64,000 nt of DNA from Lytechinus pictus (Eukaryota): positions 26,476,001 through 26,540,000 of the forward strand of contig NC_087250.1 of NCBI RefSeq assembly GCF_037042905.1, read 5' to 3'. Below, one piece after another: positions 37,925 to 49,540 of the stretch (position 1 is the stretch's first letter; every line of letters starts with the position of its first letter). Under the pieces are notes generated by a model. It saw only the letters and a list, made by a program, of their open reading frames with translations. It did no database searches and had not been told where the DNA came from. The position numbers and the translations under genes were made by a program.

Positions 37925-38562
37925 CGCTGATAAGTGAGAACATGAAAAACGAATACCTGCATAAATTTGATACCGGAAGTATAAATGTTGTTCCACGGGT
38001 CATCACGAATAGACAAGACTTTGACATGGGACAATGGACAACTCTTGAAGAGGTCATTAATCGCACAAAGGCTCTCGAGTATCCCAGTCGCATTTTCATC
38101 GAGGCCAACGAACCACTTGACCGGCAAATGGTGGCGGAGAAGCTCGGCTACGATTGGGCCATAGAGAAGGATCCGAAGAGTCCGTTGGGGAACGTTGATT
38201 TGCTTTACGTCCTGAACGTTGCAGACATCGCTCCTGGGTCAACCGTTGGGGGCGCTGTAGTATCTCAACGCGTGTGTAAGGAATTCAAGCTGACTCAATC
38301 TCGAATTGAAGATTATTTCAAGAGCACCATGACAGAATATGTCATAGTCTTAAGGGGAGATGAAGATGATTTTCGGAAACTATTATCAGTCTCCCCATCT
38401 GCTGAGCGTAAATCTGGATTCAGAGATCTAATCAACGGAAGCTATCTAAAGGATTGTATTGTGATAATGACAATAGGTCCCCATGCGCTTTCGGACGCTC
38501 CTAAAAGCTTTGCATATTACAAACTTCTGCAAACCCCATACTCAGCAACGTCGGATTGCTAA
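37925..38562 (+). CDS. Gene A terminal exon: degenerate, truncated NACHT-like (STAND NTPase) domain
   Basis: Long polypyrimidine acceptor ending ccag, in frame to the stop at 38562. RIFIEANEPLDRQMVAEKLGYDWA, DLLYVLNV, VIVLRGDED and LINGSYLKDCIVIMTIGP occur in NACHT motif order (Walker A region, strand 2, Walker B, sensor-1). Confidence 0.8.
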
Positions 38563-41496
38563 AGAATATATTTGGGTTTCTTCACATGCAATGTTGTCCC
38601 CATTGAAATAATTCAATATATTATAAGGTATGTGGTATCTTTACTCTTACCATGGACCTTACTATGAGTCCATGCTCTTACTGTAACGGTAGCAGAATAA
38701 TCTCAGGAGGGCTTCTGCGAGAAAATGTGACTACTTAAATAAGTTTTTATTGGCACAGTTGATAGCAATGTCATTGCGATGTTATTGTTATGCTGCCACC
38801 CCCGTGTGTTTTGTTTTAAATTTATTTATTCTATGATATAGAAATGTAGTATATTGGTCGTTGGAAAGCGGAGGAATTGATCCCTTCTCTAACATCAAAA
38901 CCTTTCCAATTTATTAAATGAAATCCACAAAATGCTGCCAAAGGTATAAATAATCCGTGTAATTATGTTCCAATGTATTCGAAATAATCGTTTTCTTAGA
39001 TGCACGGTCCACCGTTCACCAAAGTGAATCAAGTAAAACCGTTAGTTGTATCATTATGGTAATGATAATTCTATAGAAAATTGTGCAGAGAAGGATACAA
39101 TAATTGCTTTACTGATGATTATAATAACATTGCTAATAATAATAAGAAGAATTATAATTATAGGAAATGTTGAAATAAATTAGACACCTAAATTCTTGCC
39201 CATTATTTCATTATTTTTATTGTATTTTTTCCTTGCATCAATTGGTAAATGTTTATATTAGTTTTGATCTGTTTATATTTTTATGTATATATACCTTTAT
39301 GCTAATGTGGCTTTGTTTGATCGTAAAAACCCGATATTCATAAATCATTATTTTGTGTCTGAAATCTCATTCATCTAGCAGGGTTTTTTTTCCTTCATTT
39401 TTTTTAGAGGCATCATGACAATCATTATAGTTATTATGTATAGTTCAATATTTTCTTTGATGGGTTTATGCTTGCCATGCTTAATGGAAACTAAACAATA
39501 TGAATATGATCTGGGGCCCGTATAACACAAAGCTTAGCAATGATCGCATAACATTTTTCTACGATTGGTTCCATTGAATACAATGTACAATCAGCCGTGA
39601 AAATCGAAAGTACAATTAATCGCTAACCTTCGTGTTAAGGGATCCTGCGAGTGTTTTCTCAAAAAATTAAGTATGACTTAAAATCGCACTTAAATGCCGA
39701 CGCGTATATGATATGCAACACGCAATCTTATTGCAAGCAACTAAGCATTTAAGTGCGACTCTGATGCATACTTAAATCTTTGTGAAACACCCCCTGTTCA
39801 TATACATGTATGTAGGTAGATGATGCATTGAACTATTTGTAAGTTTATACGAACGACGTTACTAACGACCTTTTGAACATTAACACCGATCGTAATGTGG
39901 GTGGCGTTTCATGAAAGGACCTGTCAGACGTTTTATCCGAGAATGGACTGTTTTATCCGACAGTTTATGGTAACACTGCATCTCAGCCAATCATAATCAA
40001 GGAAAGTTGTCAGACCAGGGGCCCTTTGCAGAATGAGTTAAGATCAAACGCAACTATGTCATCAAACCAGTTCTAACTAATACATGAAAGTTTAAACAAG
40101 TCTTCTCACTAAAGCATGGTACATTTAGTATCATTCAGGAATGAAAGTTGTTTTGTGCCTTTGACGTTAATATCAAATTATTTTTATACATTTATATGAA
40201 GTAGTATGTATGCTGCATAATGCTTATTAAAATCTTTGTAGTATTTTCATTTTCATATGATATCTCGATTTTTATTGGTTTGTATATTGGTATTTTGTCT
40301 CTCTATCTACCTTTCCCTCCTCGACTCCCCCTCCCTCTCTTCCCCTTTTCTGCCCATCCCCCCCCCCCCCTCAGACTATCGCTATTGCTCTCTTTCTCTA
40401 TACACAATTGCCCGTTAATATAAACACCTATGAATGATAACTATGTTATAAGTAATGAATAGTCTGGAGAGTTACAAGAACATCATTCTAATATAGGGTT
40501 AGTATGGCGCCGTATCCATCTCCCGCTTAAGGGTATGTCAAGATGTAATTAAAGATGCTACGAAAACTATGCATGGGGAGGTGGAACTAAAGTGGTATGG
40601 GGTGCAGATCTTGGGGAGGTGGAGCTAACGGTTGGAAAAAAAATCAGCTGTTGAAAGCAGAAAAAGGGGTACAAAATTCGTTTTGCTTGCCAGTGTTGGT
40701 ATTCCTATGCCTCAGCGGGAGGGTGCATGCGAGCCCATTGCACTCCCCCGCCCGCCAGCCAACGCCCTTGAAAAATAATAAATGGGAACCTTATTTGTCT
40801 CTTTGGGCATGGATTTACTTTATTACATTCCTTTTATTTTTCTTTAGAGCTAGTGCATTGTCAATGCATTGGGATCATTTGATGTTCTTCATTTTGATAA
40901 AAACTTATCAGGTGACTTCATTGGAAATATCTTGCCGTCAATTCATCAAATATGTTAAACATATATCCAGATCCTGTCATGAAGCTTTGCATCCCATTTA
41001 GTGCAATTTGACGAATGCCCGCTTTCGATTCCGGCAATCTTCCCTCGCAAATGGGCTAGAACAGTAGAACGAGACTTCATCAGTCACTCCCGTTCTCGAT
41101 ATCATATCCTTTGTGACATCATCACGTCCATTGACGTCATAGTGCCTGTTTACGTCATAAGTGTGGAATATGATCTTGCTCAAGACGTTTAGATGAAGGC
41201 TGGGTGACCGGGGAAGTAAGAGAGCAGATTTTTTTTTTGCCACTTTCGATGACATTAAAGGGGTAGATCACCGTGATAGCAAGTTTATTTTGCTCACGTC
41301 AGAAATCCTAGAAAAGCATTATTTAACGAAGGTTTGGGGAAAAAGCATCAGAGAGTAAGAACGTTAATTATTGTTTAGTGTTTGAATTAAGTAGCGTCAA
41401 ATGTGAACCATTGCCCCCACATGCCATGCAATATCAAATCATATATCCCTATCCATTGATTGATGACGAGGTTTTTGCTCTCTTCCTCCCCCTCTG

Positions 41497-41532
<36 letters not shown>

Positions 41533-41626
41533 TCTCCCCCTCTCTATCTGAGTCATGAATGAAATGTCTCCAGTAATGGATTCACAAGGGAAAATGTTCC
41601 CTGATTTCGAAATAAACCAACATATA

Positions 41627-43535
41627 CAGGGCCGTAGCTAGAGGGGTGGGGGGGGGGTATGGGGGGTGTGACATCCCCCCCAACATTCATGGCAGTCGGC
41701 AAAATCATGTACCAGTTGGCAAAATGGATGATAGGGGAGAAAAAGAAAGAGGGAAAGAAAGGAAGAGAAAAAAAGAAAGGAGAGAAGGGGAGAGAGAGAG
41801 AGAGAGAGAAAGAAAGAAAGAAAGAAAGAAAGGAAGGAAGAAAGAAAGAAAGAAAGAAAAAAAGGAAAGAAAAATAGAGGTATCAACTTCGAAGAAGGTT
41901 ACGACTTATGGAGTAAAGACAACCAGTTGACAAATCCAAGTCCATGTAGCCAGGCTTAGAGCCCTACTAGTCAGCAAAATACAAAGGAAAAAAACAGATG
42001 GAGCTATAATAACGCACAAAGTAAGCCCCCGGTCCTCCCCTAATATAAACAAGCTTGTGAGTTTGCAAATTATACCACAATTATTGACGATTTAACATAC
42101 ACATTAGTTTTGTAAAATTAGAGGCAAGAGTACTGCCCCGTTTCAGAACTGAAAAGAACAGAACACAAGACTTAAAAAACTGGTAACTCTGCAGTTGGCA
42201 AATTCATGAAGACAAGTGTACAACTTGTAGGCTTGTCTACAAGTTTGCAGTTGGCAAAAAACACAAGTTATTATTGTTTTGTGTAGTGATATATACTTTT
42301 TTCATGACTATATACTTGAAATTACTGCCCCCTTTTAAGGCCGTAATATAACACATTTCCAGTCTGTGTTTACGTTCGCATTGGTGTGGACCGATATAGG
42401 TACCGGGCTGGTGTTAAATCAACACCGGCGTTTTTTTTGCAGTGCACAAATTCCTAAAGACAGTCCTTAAAATGTCCCTTTTTCTGATCTAATTATAACA
42501 AATTTTCAGTTCGCGCTTCGCGCTCGCATCACTTGATTAGTGAAATAGTAAATTCCTACAAACAAGCCATAGAATGCCCCTCTTCAGGTCTGAATTTCAA
42601 AAATTGTCAGCTCACGCTTCTCGCCCGCAATATTTCATTAGTAAAATACGTATCATGTTCATGATTACAATGACCACAAAAAGTGCTTCATGTGCTTAGG
42701 TGTAATTATAACAAAATCAGCAAGCGATTGGCGCTCGCATTAGATGACTATGATGAGATACGTACGCACTTCATGAATTCCAAAAGATAGTCCTTAAAAT
42801 GTCCCTTTTTAGGGTCAAGTTATACAAAAAAAATCCGCTCGCGCTTCGCGCTCGCATTGTTTGTTTTGTGAGACAGGTACATATCATGATTACAAAACGT
42901 TGCTTATAATGTCCCTTTTAGGACTGAATATCAAACATTTTCAGCTCGCGCTTCGCGCTCGCATTATTTGATCACTAAGATACATATCCGTTTAATTGCA
43001 TAGTCCTTAAAATGTCTCTATTAGGTCAGTATACCTGGCAATTGCGCGCGCTTCGCGCGCCCACTTAATGACTCAAAATTTTTGCTGGTCCCCCCCCCCA
43101 TGCCGCGACCCACGTTACGCCAATGTTAGCAGTAAGCACTCTTGAAATTTTAGTTGAGACATCTTGCACAGAAGGTCAATACAAAATTAACAAATCTTTG
43201 ATTTTGATATTATTAATGCATAGGGTATATCATTATACTGCAAGTTAGCAACTACGGCACACTAGCCTTTCTATTTTGATCCAAAATGTTTATTTTTACA
43301 GTGAAAATATCTTTGTATAATTTACCTTAAAGTATTCACCAAATGCCACTAATTTAAATCTAAAAATTCAAAATCTTTTGGCATGTGATTATTGTAGGGG
43401 GGGGGCACATCCCCCATCAGACTCCCCCCCCCCCCCCCCCTGTGCTCACGTTGGCGCTGTCACGCCAAATTTAGTTGGCAAATTTAGCTGGTACACCCCC
43501 CCCCCCCCAACAAAATGCTTCTGGCTACGGCCCTG
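41627..43535. mobile_element. hAT-like non-autonomous element with nested fragments
   Basis: CAGGGCCGTAGC...GCTACGGCCCTG TIRs and a perfect 8-bp TSD AACATATA. Confidence 0.85.
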
Positions 43536-45984
43536 AACATATATATTAGGGAGCTTCTAGCATGTTAAACCAACATGCAAACATGCTAAGAATCATAGCT
43601 ATGCATGTTCCTATCAAATTCGTTCTTCTAAAGTCGTAATCTAGGCTGGAATTAATGATTAAAAATTGAAGTAGAATATATCATATTTGGAAGCTTCACG
43701 CCTGTTACATAAAAATGTCAAACATGGAGATAATCATAACTATGATTCACTTTAATTTGTTGCTATCAAATTCATGTTTTAAAGCAGTATTCAGGCTGGA
43801 AGTAATAATCGCAAATCGAATTAAATCGACGAAATCGCTCATAATTCCATTAAAATATCCATAAAATACATTTTAATGCATAATCAGCATTTAGCAGTAT
43901 AGTTTTATGCATGAGGTCATCAATATGTAAAAGGTGTATTGGTGATCATTATCACCACTTTTCTTTGTTTAATTTTTCTTACATGAAAGCAAAATTATGT
44001 CATATCTTTATACCTTTCATGGATCCTATTTTCTCAAGTTATCAGTGTTGATTAATTACTAGTTAGTAATTTTCTATATCCATTCTTTCCTTACAATTGA
44101 GGAAGTCTCCTAGTATTTGAACACTATCATTCCACAACTCTTTATACCTCAGTCACATTTCTCCTACGGCGGCCGCTCGTTTGTTGTTATATTAAAACCA
44201 CCTATATGTAGCTGGTAGGAAATGGGCCGTACGTCCGCCGTGTAGGTGAAGTGTGACTGGGGTATAACAGCCCGAATGTTCGTTATGCTTGGGTTGAAAA
44301 ATACATGTTAAAACCTTTCATCGTGACAACAACATCGTGGATCTAGTTACAGTTACGATCTTATCCTATTTCGATATTAGTTTCTATGCTAGAGTTTTCA
44401 ATGGTGAAAATGTCATAATCTCTGATTGTATGACAAAAAAACACGTTTAATTTCCATAAAATCTGATTGATGAGTATTTATATATTCATAACGCGATTTG
44501 CTAAATTCGTTTTAGGTTTCATATGTAAAGGGAGATTGTATCATGATTCCACTTGGAAAATAATGAAAGCAAAATAGCACACTTCATTTAACAATATTAA
44601 CAGACATCGTGGCACCCTTGCAAGATACATGCAGCCTAGGAATAGTTCGTATATTTATTGAATACAGATATATTTCTGATAACATGAATAACCAAAGAAA
44701 ATGTAATGTTGATTAATTTTCTATTTTATCCCTGTATGTTTTCTCTCTATTACTTCTACTTTATTCATCCCTCATGAAATATGATCATTTACCTTTTGCA
44801 TGCTTTCATCATATCATTATGTTTCTACCCATTGTAATTAGTTCATCCTTGGCTATTGCATCTATGTCTCCATTTCCGTTCGCCTATTACGTATTAGTAA
44901 TAACCTTGTATATTTCCCTATTCGCTATTCGATGCCTTCTTTCTTTGACTACAATAGCTATCCACTACCTCTCCCGGCGATTACACAGTCTCTAAAATCC
45001 CTTTGCATCTCATTTTCCCTTTATGACGTAATCACTTTAACATCTTCATATGCGACGCCCAGACTTGCCTTGCAGCGCTATTGCCACGCACGCACAACAA
45101 AACCCACACCCACACGCGCAATCTTTATCACATACACACACGCATAACCGAGCGTTGTGTGCCATACACGAAGCCACACACATAGTCATCATATTGGCGT
45201 CACGTATGCATTTATCTGCGCAAAAAGCTTTAGATCGGGGTATTTTGTTGGACGTTAAATGCATTGCCTGTTCGCTCTTGCTAGCATTATTCGACCCTGG
45301 GAAAGGCTTATACACGCTGGGTAAAAGAGGTAGAAGCGATATTTTGCTTAATTCGAAGCAACCAGGTCTGTCACTGTAGCATTTCACTGTGTGTCTACGG
45401 TAATTCACAGTTACTCCAAGCATCCATTCTTTACTCCGAAAGTAGGTAATTATTGTCACAATTTTCATTATTTCCTCTTTTGTAGTATCTAATAATTTTC
45501 ATTTTTCACGTAAATTTTCTAATTAATGTTGATATTTTATTTTCTTTCACTATAACAAGTTCATTTTTCTGATTCTTATTCATTGTCGTGCCGTCGTATT
45601 TCGTACTCCTTTATGTCAGATGAGTTTGGTGTACAGTATATTTCAAAATTTTAATTATATTTCATAATTATTAATTTCACTTCCTTCCGGTGTTGTTTTT
45701 TTTTTTTGCATTTTTATCTGTATTAGCAATTATATCAGCATTACGAATTGGTTGGTTGGTTTTAACCTAAACAGCTGATATATGTTTATTTAATCGATCA
45801 TAGCGCGCTGAATGTCAAATAACTCTTTCTCGTCGAAATCAATTAAATATCAAATTTTGTAGGAGTGTTTTTGTGTCGCAAATGCCCGAAAGTAAAGTGC
45901 CACATATATTCTAATAATGTATGGGCAACCTTAGGCATTAACCACTGCGCTATAATTACGTATTTGTAAGATTCGCATATCATT

Positions 45985-46235
45985 AATGATAATAATAAAA
46001 ATAGCTGGATTCATAAAGCGTTTTTGCCTGAGGTTACAAAGCTCTGCTATTATTACCCCGGCTTTAGATCGAGCTACCATCACCGGCGCTCAGTGCATTC
46101 AAGGAAATAATCCTACCGGGTACCCTTTCACCTCACCTGGGTCGAGTGCAGCACAGTGTGATTACATTTCTTGCTGAAGGAAAACACGCTATGGCTAGGA
46201 TTCGAACTCACGACCATCTGTTTAAAAGGCGAGAT
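45985..46235 (-). mobile_element. 5'-truncated SINE copy
   Basis: B box and body match the 15780 element. Confidence 0.85.
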
Positions 46236-46444
46236 TTGATGATAATGCTGGCATATATACTCTGGTTTGATCAAGCGTGGACCAACTCGGCATGAGATTT
46301 CGAATAGAATAAATTAAATGTTTATCTTAATCTTGTTTAGATCTATTTCAGAAATTTAGAAAGTAATCCAATTTAAATGGATATCTGAAAACCTCATTTC
46401 GGTTAATAATACACACAAAAAACTAATTTGTTTGTTTTTGTTAT

Positions 46445-46790
46445 TTGTCATCATCTTCGCTATCATCATTATCACAGTCGTCATCATCAACACTTAACAA
46501 AATTGAAGCATTATCATCATCACCATCATCATTATCATCACCATTATGACCATCACAACCTACACATCGTAATTTCAACATCATCATTACCATCGTCACC
46601 ATTATCATCATCATCATCGTCATTATTATTATTATCATCACCGTCATCATCATCACCATCATCATTACCATCATCACCGTCATCATCATCATCGTCACAT
46701 TAACGTCGTCATCATCGTCATTATCCTCACCGTCATCATCATCATCGTCATCATCATCGTCATCATCATCAACATCATCATCACCATCCG
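46445..46790. repeat. (CAT)n microsatellite
   Basis: Direct inspection. Confidence 0.95.
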
Positions 46791-47109
46791 AGATAGAGTG
46801 AGAAGGTGAAATGATCTAGGATAAGCTAATACTCACCACTTGTCTTCTTCTGCCTGAGTTTGCTTCTATGCAATGAATCATTAACCTTACACTAGTGGAT
46901 TACTTAATAACTAAATTATGAAAATATTGTGTTGCATTAGTGACTCAGCTAAAGCGAAATATCATATCTGTATAACGCTTGTAAAGGTATGTGTACGTAG
47001 ATCTTGGGATGCATTGAATGCATGACTACTGGTGACTGTATTATCATTAAAACTAGTAATATAATTTTCATCACCATGTTGCGGTAGGTAAAACTAAAAG
47101 TTGCTGTAG

Positions 47110-47173
47110 AAGTAGTAATAGAAGTAGTAGCAGTAGTAGTAGTAGTAGTAGTAGTATGTAGTAGTAGTAGTAT

Positions 47174-47230
<57 letters not shown>

Positions 47231-47235
47231 ATAGC
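47110..47235. repeat. (GTA)n microsatellite
   Basis: Direct inspection. Confidence 0.95.
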
Positions 47236-48241
47236 AGTGGTAATAATACTATAATGACACTACTAATAGTTAAAAAAATGATAATAAAATGATGACAATA
47301 AAAATGATTCTAATGATAATAATACTTTTGCTACCACGACTGTATGTCATTTTCTATTGCATTTTAAATATTGCCTAATCTGCTACATGTTCATACCAAA
47401 AAACAATGTTACTTCCGTTTATTTTTGTGTATATGTGTATAGCCCTAATTCATATACACGCGCCAATAATCACCATGTGAATACTCGCCCTATACATGCT
47501 ATATCCATGATATCAGACAGATATCTCTTCTCTTTTTTTTTCTCGAATATATCATATCCATGTGTATGTACTATAATTAATTACTTGACGTTGATTGATT
47601 CCAAGGCTTGCAACCTGTACCGACCTAACCAATGAATAACAATCCTTTCATCGCGTCTCTATTTTCAGGATTACTAATCATTTTAGAGAGAAATTTGGTT
47701 GATGAATTTTCAGCCCCTACCCCTCCCCATGAAACATAACTTGCTCTTCCTCTCTGAAATTATTTTCTCTATATTTCTCTCTTCTACCCCGCTCCCTTCC
47801 CGCCCCTTCCCGCCCCTTCTTCCTTTTATTGTAGCAGTTTGATATCAATAAAAATGAAATAAAACGAACAATCATGGCAATTTCTACTCATGTTTCACGG
47901 GACTGTTATCTTCTAAAAACCATCTCTATTCAGAACTGTTTTGGGAGGGAACCTCAACTTAGTTTTATTGCCTTTATAATTCCTTTTGTATTTCATCACA
48001 CCCATTTACACTTTTTTTTCTTTACAAGGTAATGGGTATATTGATTTTGCCGATAACGTTATTACATATATCATAAATAAATTGTAAATTACAATATATA
48101 TTCGAAATGCGATTGACCTTCTCTCTTAACAAACCTTTAAATAACGAACGAGTAAATTTGACATTGCACTTTACCTGTATATATCATCATGACTTCCATT
48201 TTATATCTCATTCAATATAATAGAACGCCCTAGCTGCTCCG

Positions 48242-48397
48242 ATGTCAATGATGACGGAGGAGAAGACTGCTCGATATCTATCACAGATAGGAAGATGTAG
48301 CGACGAAGGCAGAGCAAACTTCGAGAGCCTGGTCGAGAGTATTACATCGGCTACCGAGGAGGACGTCGATAATGTTGAAAAAGAAGCGCGAGTTCAG
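48242..48397 (+). CDS. Gene B first recognisable coding exon (helical/coiled-coil, MSMMTEEKTARY...EKEARVQ)
   Basis: Acceptor at 48222-23, frame open from 48224, donor GTTTGT at 48398 (phase 0), joins 52576 in frame. The true start could lie further upstream. Confidence 0.65.
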
Positions 48398-48426
48398 GTT
48401 TGTATTCACCCCGGGTATCGACAGGG

Positions 48427-48822
48427 GTTTATTTCCAATTCGTCCACTTGCCAACTCCTCTACTATCATCATGATCATTTGGTCTACCATTAGTTCGTCC
48501 ACTCACCATATGGTCTGATGTCATTCCGTCTAATGACTAGTTGGTCCATTAGTCATTTAGTCCATATATCATTTGGTTTAATAAAATTAAAGTGCTAAAT
48601 GTGCAAAATGAAGGAAAAGATGAATGGGTATTAGACCAACTGTTTATTAGACGAAATGGTAATAGAAGAACTGGTGATTAGACGAAGTGATTATTGGACC
48701 GAATGGTTATTGGACCAAATGGTTGTTAGACGAAATGTTGATGGACGGAATGGCATTAGACTAAATGAAGGTAGACCATAAGGTGAGTGGACGAGTTGGC
48801 AGTGGACGTATTGGCAATTTAC
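48427..48822. mobile_element. MITE with internal TAGACGAA/TGGACCAA subrepeats
   Basis: CCAATTCGTCCACTTGCCAACTC...GAGTTGGCAGTGGACGTATTGG. Relative at ~58215-58495. Confidence 0.7.
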
Positions 48823-49252
48823 ATTCACAGGGACGCTCTAGGCTCCGTCTTATTAAGAGTTAGGATTGATCCAATCAACCACAGCCATGGAAATCCAACA
48901 ACGCCAGCATCTTAAATGAATGTCTGTTCAAAATGTTTTCTTTAATACAGATATAGATATGATTATATGTCCACATGTTTATTGTTGTCTGGATACTTCA
49001 GTATGCTCATTTTTGTTAACAAAGGACAATTTGCACATTTCCTGTATAAAACATTGACATTGATGGATTTTCATGTAGTTGATATTGATTGGATTAATCG
49101 ATACTCTTTGTAAGACGGGATCCAGTTTTGTATTTCCCGGGTATTCAGCAATCATTGGAAGTAGTCGTTCATTCATGGTTGCACGCAGCGAAAAGTGTGG
49201 TATTCATTGGTTTAAATAAAGGACAAGGCAATTTACTTTGGTGTCAAATTTT

Positions 49253-49540
49253 ATTAATAATAATAATAATAGGCATTTATATAGCGCCATCTATCTAGAA
49301 ACATTTTATTCCGAGGAGCGTTGTTATTATTATTATGACCCCGGTTTTAGCTCGAGCTGCCTTTCAGCGCTCATGCATTAAATGAATTAATCCAGCCGGG
49401 CACCCATTCACCCCACCTGGGTCGAGTGCAGCACAATGTGGATAAATTTCTTGCTGAAGGAAATTACGCCATGGCTGGGATTCGAACCCACGACCCTCTG
49501 TTTCAAAGTCAGATGACTTATCCACTGGGCCACAACGCTC
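49253..49540 (-). mobile_element. tRNA-derived SINE, same family
   Basis: Reverse complement of the 15780 element with A and B boxes. Confidence 0.9.

Noticed and set aside
43555..43612. Cluster of p53 half-site-like CATG motifs
   Set aside because: Imperfect matches with irregular spacing; could be chance.
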